Source: the human T2T-CHM13v2.0 reference genome, Homo sapiens. From it: a stretch of 64,000 nt of DNA. A program made the position numbers and the translations under genes. Below, one piece after another: positions 29,391 to 43,742 of this stretch (positions are counted from its first letter, which is position 1; each line of letters begins with the position of its first letter). Where the stretch lies: the NCBI RefSeq assembly GCF_009914755.1, contig NC_060936.1. One strand, 5' to 3'. The notes beneath the pieces are model-generated. The model ran no database searches, was not told the origin of the DNA, and saw only the letters and a program-made list of their open reading frames with translations.

Positions 29391-32300
29391 GAGTGACAGT
29401 CTTAAACCTTATTTTTTAATATTGTATTCGAATATATATTATCCCAATCTAATCATGAAGAAAACATCAGAAAATTCCAAATTGAAAGTAGTTTTATCCA
29501 AATGGTAAAACTGATTGGTACAATAATTTTGCCTAAATATTTCGAAAATAAGAGCTTGTTGTCTCTTTGGAAAGAGATTTCACATGGGGTAAAATGTTTT
29601 TCCTCTAGTTTCATAGCCATTAGTATTTACTTATATTAATGATTATTAGGTGACTTGGAGGTCTAGTGGGTAGCAGCTTTAACACATGAGTACTTGACTA
29701 ATCCTCTAATAGGAGCAGAGGGCCTCAGAAGTGACCAGGCAGATGTGAGATTCATTACTCACATAGGATCTGATTAAGCAGATCATCTTTCTTTCAGAGT
29801 ATGAAAGGAATGTTGTTATTAGGGCTGATTTGCACTCTAACTCCTACCAATTACCTTACTAATTATGCCTGTGGGCCACAAAGTGTCAATATGTTCTAAA
29901 GATACAGGAAAAGCTTTTTCACTTAGTTTTATTGGCAAGATCTTTGAGTTGAGTTTGTGCATCTGTGTATGTGTGTTTGCGTAATCATGGGTGTGATGTA
30001 TCTCAGAGTTAAGCTTATATCATTAGGTTCTCTGGAAAAAATGATATTTTCTTGGAGACAAAAGTCTTTGAATGATCACTTAAAGGACATACTTTCCTTG
30101 GAATCCTCTTCTTTGTTTTAGTACAAGTTTGAGTTTCTCAGTAATAGAAACTTGAGTGAAATTAGGAAAGTGGAAGCAAAGTGATAAACATTAAGGTAGG
30201 GCTGTTCCATTGCTGGTCAGGCGTGATGCTTGGTGTCCTCTATGACTTTCAGTTCTGGGAAAAAGAGAAGAAGGCTTGTCAAAAGTCCCTGGGGTTGGTG
30301 GTTTCCTTCCTACCTGCCTCAGCCTATGCTTCAGCTGACAGCATTAGAGACTCTTTCCAGTCCTTTAGCTCTAGTTTACCTATTTTTGCTCCCCCAGTTT
30401 CTGCCAGATACATGTAAACTGAAATCCCTATATTTAGACCCTTTATTCCTGTAATTCTATTTTTCTAAGAAAGCAGAATAAAATTATCCCTGAAATTAGC
30501 AATAGGGGAAGTAATATTAGGCAAAAATAATGTTATTCATACTATATAGCAGATAAATTGAAATCCAAGGAAATTACAATCTCAGAAATATTACAAATCA
30601 AAACTAATTTTTATTATTGATTGTGTTAGAGTACCTTTTTCTGATATGAAGAAATTCTCAATTTTTTGATAATATTAGCTTGTACCATCAAGCTGGATTT
30701 GTAGATCAAAATGGTTGAAGGCTGGCAATTTCATGTAGCTCAGTCTAATAATTTATATCAATCAGGAAGAAATAATTATTTTTTATAGGTGAAGGTAGAT
30801 TAACATTTTCTTCTAGATAGCACTCAAGTGGGAAATAAGTACATGGGGAATGGTGTTCAAAAGCTATGAAGAGTGTACTTGAGTGGAACATTACTGACCA
30901 AAGAAGTTAAAAAAAAAATAAAAACTGAGAGAAAACTTTGATAACTAAAGTCTTTTCCAATTTAAAAGTGTTTTCTTGCTGTCAAGCCTGAATGATTTCC
31001 CAGAATGTAAGAGCATCATATGATTTTGGAAGAAATTGTATTAATGCTATTTTTTTGATTGGTAAAACTGTGTTTATGTGAGATTCCACCTTTCCATTCA
31101 CTAAGCAAATAACATTATAATGGGTTCTGAAATTAATTAATGTGTTTCTAGCCCATGCACATATTTAGGAAGAATGAAGAATTTGGCTTCTAAATAACAT
31201 ACTCCAGTATAATTTTTAGCATATATTTAAGAATGACCTAAAGGACACTTATGTTAGAGTACTCATTGTTGTATTAAAATACAAAAACTGAATTTAGTTT
31301 CATGTTCAATTTTCCTTTCTTCTAATTATCCCCAGGAATAACAGATGTTTAAAAGGACAATTTCAGAAAAGTTTCTTCAGCTACAATCAGTGTGAGAAGT
31401 CTGGCAGGTGTTTATTTTTAAAAGTGGTGAGATTAATGTACTCTGTGAATAATGTAATGAGGTATGCTAGGAAGATTTCTTATAAGTCAAGAGAGAGAAA
31501 AAAAGTAAAACACAGTTAGAATGTAAAACCTCTCCTATAATTTGTAATTCATTTATAAAATCCAGAGTCATTGCAATGATTCAAAGCAATATAGTCAGAC
31601 TAAATGCTTTATTTGGTGAATTTCTGCTAGATAGCAATGCTAAAACTAGGAAAGAAGCAAGTGCATGCCTTTTACCACATTATGAGATATATTTTCTGAA
31701 TGTTTAAAATGCTTTAATTTGTAGGATTGGTTCGATTCCACCATTTTCATGATTTATATATATCATAAGCTTTACCTTTAGTCAAATGTGAACTTGTACA
31801 ATTGAGTCTTTCATTTTATACTCAGATGCTTTGAAGTCCACAGATCTAATAATTCTCGTAGCTCCTTTGGAATTTTCAGTTTGGGAGGAGCTCAAAATTT
31901 ACAGATAAAGTGATTAAATAATAATGATTACATGTAAATATAATTAACATATATAAACATAATTTTGATCCAATCTTTAATAATTAAACCTCTTTCTTCC
32001 AAAATTTTTAAACTTTTGTCCTTTATGTTTTAAAATATATCTAAAGAATATTTCCAGGTACCTATTCTGCATCTCATTTAATTATTTTACATATGAAAAA
32101 TGGAAACTACATCTTAAATAGCATTTAAAAATAAAATGTATGAACCCACATAGTAGGTAGTCCAGATTTAGGCCAGTCTCCTGGAATGTTTGATTTGGCT
32201 TCTAAAAGATGTTATGAAGGGCTAAGTTTATTTCTGTGCCCTTTCTCTGCCACTGAAGATTACAGTCATCATAAGGTCAGTTCTCCTCATAAACATGAGA

Positions 32301-33439
32301 TGTCTGTTAGCAGAAATTGTGATACCCAGCATCCTTGTTCACATCAAATGGAAAAGACTGGATTAACTTTATAAAAAGTCCAAAGCAAATATTTAGTTGC
32401 ATTTCATGGTCCAAATTTGTCAAACTTGTCCATCTCCAAACTAAGCACTGACAAAGTTGAAAACATCATCATGACTTAGACTGATTGACTTAGAATACCT
32501 ATTTCACAGGGAATATGTGATGGTTACTCAGTCATAATGGCTATGATATACTCTCCAAGCTGGTTTTTAATAATTAATGCCAAGATTAGTTTTAGTAAAA
32601 TAGTTTTGTCATTTTTATGTTTACAGTGATTATTTGAGGAATATACTTCCATTAAAACTGAGACCAAATTATGGTCTACAACTTCAGATGGACTCTTAAT
32701 TACCATTTGGCTATCCTCTTATGTATTCCAATTTAGCATCTTCTCCTATTTCTAACCACAACTATGGCAAGTCTTTCCTAATCTCCTTCATTGCTGGTGC
32801 CAGCAATGTCTAAGTACTTCCTGTGAAACAAACAAAAGCTACAAGGTAAACAAACCTATTATAGTATCATCTCAAATTTCAATACATGAGAATGCCAGGA
32901 AGATGGGAGAGACTCAGCATCTACAACTAGAGTGACTCCTGAGTGAGAAGTGACTTGATTTTGCAAGTAGTCTTCAAAAATGGAGAGGCATTTTTTGGAG
33001 ACAAGAGAACTCCAGTAGGAGGGGCCCATAATGAATATAATATTTCCACGAAAGAACCTGTTGCGAATTTCACTGATGGGTGAGATAGAATGACTTATGG
33101 AAGACCAAAATTTCCTTGAAAAAAAAAACTAGAGAAGTTATATTAAATAAGAAAAAAATAAGTACATATTTCAAGGTTTCAGAAAACTATTAAAATGCCT
33201 TGGACTAACAAGATAAATATTACAAAGGGTGAAAACCCACAGAAAAGTGATGTCTTAATCTGATATTGAATTTTCCCTAAGCGAATTTGAATTTTTCACA
33301 TGTGAACATAAGACTGTGATATGAACTTTTCCCTGAAAAGGGCCACTGAGAGACAAAATTGGAAATAGGAGAAGCCCCAAACACATGCTCCCTTAACACA
33401 GTTGCTGAAATCTGAATATTCTTAGGGAAGGAGACTAAA

Positions 33440-33950
33440 GGGCCAAGTTTAAGTCCTCTAAGAAGTAGAGCAGAGTTTTCATCGAATTTACAGAAAATAA
33501 GAAGATTAAACTTATAACGAATAGAGTAAAATGATGTTAACATTTCAAAGTATCAGTTGAAGAAAGATGAGGCACAGTAGAAGACAGGATCAGTGAACAG
33601 GAAAACAATTCAGTAGAAAATAGGCAACCTAAAGCATAAACAAAAATTATAAAATGATAAAAATTATAAATGTTATTAGAAAAAGTTCTTAAAAGAAAAA
33701 TGAGTAATGAAAGCTTTGAATATTTCCAATTAAAATCTCTGAAAAATAGGACAGAGGGAGTCAGGAAGATACAATCTCTGAACTGATAATACTTCGGAAT
33801 TTCTAAAAACTTATGAGAATATTAACCTACTTATGAGAAAAGACCCGTAAACCCATAAGAACATATACAAAGAACCTACACATAGACCTTTCAGAGTTAA
33901 ACTGCTGAAAATTAAAGACAAAGACAAGTTCCAGACAAAGGTAGAAGAGA
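33440..33950 (+). mobile_element. old L1 (L1ME/HAL1) ORF1-like fragment
   Basis: GAAGACAGGATCAGTGAAC...ACCTACACATAGACCTTTCAGAGTTAAACTGCTGAAAATTAAAGACAAAGA. Confidence 0.55.
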
Positions 33951-34879
33951 AACACACCACTTCCCTGCTTTTCCCATTCTGCCTTTCAGCTTGCCACAAG
34001 CCCAGCTGGATAAGGAGACACGGGTTGGGTTAAATTAAGTTTAACTCCAATTCTGTTTAATAATTTAATATCTTTCCCTGAACATTCTTATACTCTTATG
34101 GGAACTGTTTACAATTAACTCTTATTACAGGAAAATATTTGTTATATAGGAAATAGAGCAGCAGAGTTACAGGTCTGCTCGAGCTCTCCTTTAGGAACTA
34201 CAGAATGTAGTCTCCAGCGATACATTTTGAAGAAATTAGAGTAGAAAACAAAAGCTCTGTATTATCATTTCTCAGAAGATGTTAGCTAAATGTACTGATT
34301 CCTTGAAAGTGTACCAGTATATTTTATCTCTTCAAAAAAGATTCTCACTTGGTATTCTACATTATTTCATTATTAAATTCTTCCTCTATCACTCAATGCA
34401 TTTTGTCTGGCTGAATTCTCACACAAGGTCAAGACTACACACTCTCACATCACTCCATCTGGCCTAGACTGTTTCTTTAAATTTCAAAAACACATATATA
34501 ATTGTCCTTCCACCTGGCTAATATCTTATCCATCTCACTAAAAACCTGAGATTAAGGCTACAGTCTTTCCACTACCTTTCTCTTACTCCTACCTCTACAT
34601 ATTCCTGTACCCTACTCTCTTTCTGTTCTGGTATTTTATCAATCATTCCATCATGTTGCTTTTTTCTTCCTAAATATGTTTTTTTGATTTTTTATTTCTA
34701 CTTGCAGCCACTCTTTTAGCTGTAGTGCTACTTAGCTCTTTCTTGTCTTGTCCCAATAACTTCCTAATTGCTCTTTTTGCCTCTGGTTTTATAAAGCCTG
34801 GTGTGTATGTTGTCAATATTTGATATTATCAGGATTTTAAAAAATTTGGCCATGTCACTTTTAATGGTTAAAAACCTGC

Positions 34880-35320
34880 AGTGTATCCAAAAGAAATAAA
34901 AGACAATATATCCAAGAGATATCTGCACTCTCATGTTTATTGCAGCACTATTCACAATAGCCAAAATAAGGAATTGACATAAGTGACTATCAACAGATGA
35001 GTGGAGAAGGAAAATGTGGTAGGTTTACATAATGGAATAGTATTCAGTCATAAAAAAGAATGAAATCCTGTCATTTGCAGCAAAATGCAATTAGCTGAGA
35101 GTCATTATGTTAAATAAAATAAGCCAAGAACAAAAACACAAATATCAAATGTTCTTACTCATATATGGAAGTTTAAAAAGTGGAGCTAATAAAGATAGAG
35201 AGTTGATTGGTGGTTACCAGGAGATGCCAAGGAGGTGAGGATCAATGGGGGAAAATATAAATGTATTTATTATTAAAGGTGGTCATTTATGTACATATAG
35301 TTTATCTCAATTTAAAAAAT
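34880..35320 (+). mobile_element. L1MA-like 3' fragment inserted in an L2 remnant
   Basis: GAGATATCTGCACTCTCATGTTTATTGCAGCACTATTCACAATAGCC...GAATGAAATCCTGTCATTTGCAGCA. Confidence 0.85.
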
Positions 35321-35391
35321 CTAAAGTAGTTGTAAGAAACAAATCTTTTTATAATCATCTTCCTGGTTTCTATCCTCATGTCACATAAATA

Positions 35392-35685
35392 TAGTCATGC
35401 TTCGGGATTGGTTCTAGGACCAAAATCTGCAGATGCTCCAGTTTCTGATATAAAATAGTGTAGTATTTATAGCTGACTATATACATCCTCCTGTACACTT
35501 TGTCATCTCTAAATTACTCAAAATGCCTAATATAATGTAAATAATATGTAAATCGTTTTTATGCTGTATCATTCAGGGAATGATAACATGGAAAAATGTC
35601 TCTACATGTTTAATATGGACACAATTTTAAAAAATAGTTTTGATTCACACTTGGTGGAATCTACATATATGAAAAGTTGACTCTA
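35392..35685 (+). mobile_element. MER2 (Tigger-family MITE)
   Basis: GGGATTGGTTCTAGGAC CAAAATCTGCAGATGCTC...CATCCTCCTGTACACTTT...CAGGGAATGATAAC. Confidence 0.8.
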
Positions 35686-36439
35686 TTTGTTAAATTGAAT
35701 GTATTAATAATGTATGTTATCTATTGCTCTAGGTGTATGTATATGAAAGAAATGGAAAAAAATGACAATGATGATGAATTTAAGGGTCTAAATTTCCATC
35801 AAACAACTTTTGGAACTCTTATATTCAGGGCATTTTTCTCTAATTAAAACCTTTTTATATAGACACATTTTGGTTACAATTCACATTTGAATACAACACT
35901 AAGTGATTGATTCATAAAATGTATAATGTTTGTTTTAAACTGCCTTTTGAACAGAGGATATGATTCAGTCTGAGTCATTCATACTTTCTCTGCGAGCCCT
36001 GGATGGACAATGACATAGTTCTGTACAATGGCTGAGGTGCTATCTCTTGTCCCTAAACAGACCAGATGAGATGAACTATTCTTGAAAATTAATATGTTAT
36101 TGGTCACTAAGCCATACTTCCATAATTTACTAAATTGATGTGATAAACGACACCTTACTTATATAAAAGTTCTAATGCATTTCAAAAGTATGCAATATTT
36201 TCTAGCCACTGATTTATTCATGCAGCACCAAATCTATCAAACAATATATAAACCTCCTTATTTTGTATGGAGAGTTGTATGAAATTGAACAATGGTGTAT
36301 ACAATAAGAAAATTGTAAAAAAATGAGAGAAAGCATGTTTCAAAAAGGAAAAAAAAATCCATAGTTCATCTTGACTCTTTAGAAAAGTCCAAAATAAACA
36401 AATCTGATCTATTTTTTTCTGAAGAACATTAATATCTAA

Positions 36440-36790
36440 TATTTTTTGAGCATTTACAATATGCCAGGTATTTTCTCTTCCAGACATTATTTATTCATTC
36501 ATATCCACTAAATGAGTGTTTAGAGAACCCCTTCTATGTGATTCCAGTGGTGAAAAAAATAATAGACCTTGTCCATCTGTAACTTACGTTCCAGTGAAAA
36601 TTATCTCATTTAAACGTTAGAACAGCATAACAGCTTAGTATCTAATATTGGCTTCCTTGAGAGAAACCGAGGTTTAGGCTAACATGATAATTTACCTGTG
36701 GCCACAGGTGGCAGTTATATAGGAGCTGGGTCTGAATAGTTGGGTCTTTCTTAACTCAGAAACCCCAGCATTTAACCGCTACTCTCTATT
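36440..36790 (-). mobile_element. MIR/L2 remnants
   Basis: TTGAGCATTTACAATATGCCAGG and GAGAAACCGAGGTTTAG...GGCCACAG...GGAGCTGGG. Confidence 0.55.
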
Positions 36791-37061
36791 GCCTACATAT
36801 AAAAGTGTATAAAATGTTACACAGTTATTATATAAATTCAACTATCAATATTACAACCATGAGATTAGTCTTTCAAAAGTAAAGAACAGGCTCTACTAAT
36901 CAACATGAGTTAGATGCTAACGTCAAACATAATTTCATGTAAATAGTATTACCCAAATAGATTACCTTTGAAAATCCGTTCAAATGGATCTACATTGAGA
37001 CTGTCTCTCAATATGTAATTAGAGCCAGGTTTTTCTTGTTTAGTTTGTTTTGTTTGGGGTT

Positions 37062-37295
37062 TATATTAGTTTCCTCGGGCTGCCATAACAATGTACCACA
37101 ATGTGGGTGGCTTACAACAAGAAAAGTTCATTCTCTCACAGTTCAGGATTTCAGAGCCCCAAATTAAAACGTTTACAGTGTTGGTTCTTTCTTGGGAGCT
37201 CAGAGGGAAAATCTGTTCCAAGTTCTCTCCTAGCTTCTGGTGGCTGCTGGCAATTCTTTGAGTCCCTTGGCTGATGTCAGCATAACTCCATGTCT
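37062..37295 (-). mobile_element. MLT1C/D-like LTR fragment
   Basis: TATTAGTTTCCTCGGGCTGCCATAACAATGTACCACAA...CTAGCTTCTGGTGGCTGCTGGCAATTCTT. Confidence 0.85.
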
Positions 37296-39173
37296 TAAAT
37301 TTGAAAATACTACTTATCAATGTGTCACAGGCTTTGAGTCAGGATTCTCTAATACTTTTTTTATGTTAGTCCTAAATGTTTCCTAACATTTTTCTCACAC
37401 CACAAAAGGTACAAAAGCATATGACTACTGCTTAAATAGGAACAAAAGATGTAACATTGGCACAGGCTCCATTGAAATGTACACAGAAAGTAAAAAGTGA
37501 AAAGGCTCAATGTCAATGCTTACCTCTCCAACAATATAGAGAAATCCTGAAACCACATCTGGAAGCTACATGGGGTTTCACTGAAGAGTGAAAGATGATG
37601 ATAGATTGAAAGTGAGTTTCATTGTTTGAAGTAGGGTATTCTAGGCAATGATGACTGAGGGGGAAAAAAGGAGTGTCATTATCTTTGAAAGGAAAAAGTA
37701 GAGATATCATTTTCTAGTTAAGTGTATTCAGTTTGTATGAAACAGTATCCAAAAACTGATTTTAAGTTAGCCCATTGTCTTATGAAACCTGCCTCTTTAT
37801 TCTCAGGGGTGCCATCAAACAATATATGAAATTGAAATTAAGTACACTTGTTTATCCAAACTTGTAGCTTAATGGGGTGAAAGGAAGAGGAACATGGCTT
37901 ATCAATGGCTATGTATCATTACTCTCAAATGAAAAACATGCAAATTATACATTGTCCTGATAATAGACTATAATCAGAATGGAATTAAAAATGTAACTTA
38001 CCTCACTGGACCTGTGACTTCATGGATAAAATGTTCAGTTATGGATCAATATGCTGCGATCAATCCCTTGACACTATTTAATTAAAGCATAGAATTCTGG
38101 CCAGAATTTATGTCTCTAAATTAAAACACATTACAGATTAACCAGTGCTATACAAATCCAAACACCTATGTAAGACATGGCTGAGCACATAATGACCCAG
38201 ACACTTGCCTGCTTCAATCCTCGCACCCCAAATGAGCAATTCACTACCATAAAAAAGCTTCCAGATTGTTCAGAGAGAGACAATGATGCCAGGTCTCAAA
38301 TTAGCCTGTGTGGAGATTGGTTTTATCATGTCCCACATAAATCATCCAGAGTTGCAAACAAAGCTTTAAGAAACTCGAAAAAAATGCTAGTTAATATAAA
38401 AAAGGAATGTGTTTATCATTATATTATCAGATGTAGTGTTAGTTGAATAGTAATAGTCACAAAATAATAATTTAATGATGATAATAATAAAAAAATTTAT
38501 CTTCAGTGTGTCAATCCAATTTAACCTTTAGTTAAAGGTCATTTAAAATATATATAAAATGAAATATATCTACTTCAGAGTTTGATATTAGTTTTCCCAG
38601 CATATTGATTTCTTATATCTCAAAATGGAAATTTCTTGAAATTTTGCACTATTTATAATGCACACGATGATAGAACAAGAGTCATTGATATAAGTTATGG
38701 TGGTAGAGTATCTCATGTTGGCAGATATAGTCTTCTGTAAATATTTCTATTACATAGTTCTAATTACACAGTCCTAAGTTCTTTTACATAGCAATAGTTC
38801 TTGATAATAAGCTGATATATATGACTTACAAATCAACTTGATTTTTATCATATAAAATAAGGATTTTTTTGAAATTTAAAATAAAATAAATTCTGATATT
38901 TGGACATTTTTTAGTGGTTAAAAAGTCAAACTGTTTCTCACATATCTGCTAGGTACAATGCTCTCTTTAATGCATTTAATGCAATAGTATTTGGGTAACT
39001 AAAAAAATTAGAAATTGAGTTTAAATGAATACAATAACTTTCGGGAGACTTGAGAGTAAAATAAATATTTTCCCTCATGAATTAATTCTGCTTCATGTGC
39101 CTAGCTTTCTTTTACAAATATGATACATAAGCTTTATCGCTATTCCATATTTAGTAAAAGAACCACAAGCCAA

Positions 39174-39507
<334 letters not shown>

Positions 39508-39799
39508 TTACTTAACCTATTTATAGTGAAAACAATTTTGTCACTTTATGCTTTCCCTCTGAAGTCTTGAACAAACTGAATCAACTTTTGTTTATGTTAA
39601 GCTGATTTTAGCATAAGAATGTTTCTGGTTTAACAATAAAATCTGATTCATTACATACTCCTTATTTGCAGTTGTTACAATGGCACAAAATTGAGCTTTT
39701 TTGCTCCTTGAACTTTTGTTTATTAGCTAAGCAATGCTAATGCTCATTCATAGTATTTGCATTCAGTTTATCAGGTATATGAGTTGCTGGTACCTTTAA

Positions 39800-41460
39800 A
39801 AATATTTATTATGAAATATGTCAGAGATGTCAACATTACATAAATGTACATTAAAATGGAAAATCATGCATTGACCATTTATGCAACCAACATCCAGGTT
39901 AAGTTAGAAAACATTCCCATCAACCCTATATCCCTTCATAATCACATTTCCTTCCTAACCCCTTGAGGTTAACATTGTCTTGACTCTTATTGTATTCACT
40001 TTTGTAATTTCCTTTATAGTTTTACCTCCCATGTGTGCATCATAATAGAGCAGAGTTTTTCCTCTTTATGTATTTTTAATCAAAAAACATCATACTAAAT
40101 ACATTTTTTTAGTGTGCTTCTTTGGCTCAATATTTTTTTAAAAAATGAATCCATGGTGTTGAATTTAGCTTTGGTTTGATTAACTTCTTCACTGTAAAGC
40201 CTTCCATTTTATAAATATATAGAAGTGTATCCATCCTATTGTAAATAAATATTGTTATTTTTAATTTGGGACAATTATTAATAATCCTGCTACAAGCATC
40301 TCTATGCATGGGTCCTGATATGCTCCTATGGGCAATTCACTCAAGGCTGGAATTGTTTGTTTATCGGGTATGGATACTTTCAATTTCAGCAGATAATACC
40401 AGAGTATTCAAAATGATTGTAAAAATGTACACACAAACCAGTTGCATATAAAGAGTCCCATTGCTCCATGCATTTTATAACACATGGACTTGACAGATTT
40501 TCTAAGTGATTATTAAACACATTCCCAATTTTTCATATGATGCTGTGGTTATTTTAAATTTTATTCTGTTTTGAGGTTCTCATTCAAGAGTTTTGATAAT
40601 TTTTTAAATGTGGTTTTTTTTTCCTTAAAAATAAATAGAAGTTCTGTAAATATTCTAGATATGAATTGCTCATCAATCATATATGTCAAAGTGTGTCTCC
40701 TGTTTTGTGACTTGTCTCTTCATACTTTTGTGGTTTCCCTGGAAGAAAAAAGCCCTTAATTTGGATCTAGATAAATTTCTCAATTACTTCCTGTATATGT
40801 CATAGGTAAAAAACTTTCCCTACCCAATTTGGTGAAAATATTGTATAATTTGTTTCTTCTCAAAAGCTTTAAAAACTTTAATGGCAAAGTTTTATTTCAT
40901 GAAATACAGCATACATGCAATGTAACACATACATATTTAGTATACAGCCTTATCAAATTTTGCAAACAAGTTCAACTATGTAATCACTACTCAGATCAAA
41001 ATATAGAACATTAACAGCATACTAGAAACTTTGTACACCCTCTTTTCCAGCCAACAATATCCCAAATGTAACTGTTTCTGACCTTCAACAAAGTTGTTTT
41101 GCATATTTTAAAAATTTGTATAAATGAAATCATATAGCATACATCTCCTTATTACTAACCTCTTTTGCACATTATGTATTAGAGATATATTCATGCTATT
41201 GCATGTAGCTCTAACATGTTCCTTTTCATTGCTGTGTGACTTTCTACTTTCCGTTTATTGAAAAATACAGACAATGCATGTCTTGTACTGTAATTGACAT
41301 ATGAGTCAGTCCCGGTTTAGGGCTGCCATGAACATTCTTATACATATTTTTGATGCACATATATTTTTGTTTTTGTGGCATAGACCTAGAAATAAAATCA
41401 CTAGGGTATGCCATTGTTCAGTTGGAGAAAATACTACTAAATTGTTTTAAAAATGTATTT
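39800..41460 (-). mobile_element. old L1 (L1ME/MB) 3' fragments, at least two pieces
   Basis: Degenerate 3'UTR motifs (ATCACTACTCAGATCAAAATATAGAACATT; GAGTCCCATTGCTCCA). Boundaries approximate. Confidence 0.6.
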
Positions 41461-42420
41461 TACCTTGTTGTGCTAAGGATTTGGTGAGCTTCTTGACTCT
41501 GGACTGTTGACACTATTGATTCTGGAACATTCTCATTTTATATTCAAGCATTGTTTTGAATTATTCCTTCTATCTGCTTCTTCTGAGACTTCAGTGATGT
41601 AGATTTTTGAATCGCTTACTGTATTTGTGGTTTTATTATCCTCTTTTCTCTAATTTGAGTCTTCTTGTTTCTCAATATTGTATTTTGAGTCCTTCTTAGA
41701 TCTATTTTCCAGTTGGTGGGTTCTTTCTTTAGGTGTGTCTAAACCGCTCATACATACAGAATCTGCTTTCAAAACTATTTAGTAGTGAATTTTTTTTCCT
41801 GTTACTATCAGTTTTTAGTAGTATCTTTTTTTATGTTACTATGGGTTAACGTACAGGTACATTTTCCCAAGAATTTCTACTTCACTCTTATTCAAATATA
41901 CTATGTCAGATTTTATAGATTTTTATTTTGTGCTAAAATTTTATGCTTTTTAGAACTCTGTATGAGCATGGTAAAATTTGTATGTGTTTGTGTGCACACG
42001 TGTGTATGTTTGTGTGCATTTAATTTGTAGCTGAAAATGCTAAAACTGAAGTCAATTGTTGGTCTATTTTTGAATTCTCTCCAGGTTTTGCTATGTCAGT
42101 CTTTTCTTTGTTTGTTTTGTTATTTTTGAGTATTTGTAGTACATTGTATTAAAAAATTCTTTAGAAACTTATATGCCTCATATAAAGCATTTTAAAGTTC
42201 TGGGCCTACATCTCCAGGGTCCTATATTCTTTTAACTTTGACCCAATGTTAATTTTTAAATCTTTAAATTTTTTTAAATTAAATTTTTAAATTTTTAAAT
42301 TATTTAATTTGACCCAGGTTCCTCACTATTTTGATAGTTTTTTGATGCTTTAAAGGTTATTTTTATTACATATTTTGCTCATTTCTTAAATTATTCCCAG
42401 AGAGAGAATTATTACACAAT
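41460..42420 (-). mobile_element. HAL1/L1ME-like ORF1 and 5' region
   Basis: GATCTATTTTCCAGTT...TCTTTAGGTGTGTCTAA and CTCACTATTTTGATAG...TTTGATGCTTTAAAG, resembling the recalled HAL1 5' end. Confidence 0.5.
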
Positions 42421-42799
42421 ATTTTCTCAAGAGACATTAAAATTATGACTGCCAACTTTTACCAGGACAAAAGAAACACACATATTTATATCTGGTGGTT
42501 GTGATATCTTGATTTTTTTTTGTTTTCTTTTGTTATTACATAGGATTGACTCTTTGATATATATGTTACTCCCAAAGTACAACTTTGGATATAAAATATT
42601 TATAAAATACAAAAGAAATGGTATCATTTGACAAAAATTTGATATTTATAAAAGCTTAGTACATCAAAGATTGTCAATGCCAAATAAAATAATGCAATAA
42701 AAATAATAGTGGCTCCTTTCTACAAAAACATTAGTAAAATATGCTTTGTGAATTTGCTAGGGATATTTTCATATTAGAGTACAGTTTTAAAATATAAAC
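42325..42799 (+). repeat. inverted repeat, left arm (475 bp)
   Basis: Reverse complement of 43743-44217. 21 mismatches and no indels by manual alignment. The near-identical 66-aa ORFs 42427..42627(-) and 43915..44115(+) reflect this. Confidence 0.97.
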
Positions 42800-43114
42800 A
42801 AAACTAAGATTTTAATGAATACATCACTGCTCCAGAAGCCTGGCTAACACTTTGCCCATTTTTATTTTCTTACTACTATATATTTCCTTTTTCTCATTTA
42901 TTTAGTTTCATTTTTCAATTTTTAAATCATGTAATGTTTCTTTCCCTTTTCTTCATTCCTCTTCCATCTATATGCTCCTGCAAATTTCTCATTTTCCATA
43001 TTATTAGTTTTCTCATATGTTCATTTATTCCACTAAACTATTATTTAATTCACATTAGGTATGCATAAATTAATGCTTCTTCCGAGAGCTTTCTTCTAGT
43101 AGATTTAATCTCTC

Positions 43115-43390
43115 TGAGGAGGGTGGACTGTCTGAGCCCAGGAATTCTAGACCAGCCTGGGCAACATGGCGAAACCCCCATCTCAACAAAAAATACAAAA
43201 ATTAGCGTGGTGTTGTGCTGCACACCTATAGTCCCAGCTACTTAGGAGGCTGAGGCAGGAAGATTGAGTTCAGGAGGTCAAGGCTGCAGTGAGCTGTGAC
43301 TGTGTCACTGCACTCCAGCCTGAGAGACAGAACAACACCCTATCTCAAAAATAAATATAAAAATAAATAAAATAAAATGAAAAATAAAAT
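43115..43390 (+). mobile_element. AluJ, 5'-truncated, in the inverted-repeat spacer
   Basis: GAGCCCAGGAATTCTAGACCAGCCTGGGCAACATGG and GAGGTCAAGGCTGCAGTGAGCTGTGA (AluJ-type), with an (AAAAT)n tail. Confidence 0.88.
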
Positions 43391-43742
43391 GTAAAAGTTA
43401 ACATAGTATGAAACAACAATTTTTTTGAAAGTACTAAATCTCAAAAGTTTTAGGTATAGTTAATTTATTTATTATTTTTTCCCTATATTCTTATGCTGTA
43501 AATTATGTTTAATGATTCTTTTCATCTTTAAACCATGTTAATTACACAACTGTTACAAAAGAGAAATGATTTGCATTTCACTTCAGAATCAATGCCTTGA
43601 GGTCATTGCCATGAACCATGAAATTAAAATTTGCAAATGCAAAAAGCTCTGTTCAAAGTGAGACATATTAACAAAATTATATTCCTAATTTGATTTCATC
43701 CCATTTTCAATATGATACTGGATAGACAAAATTAACTAGTCA

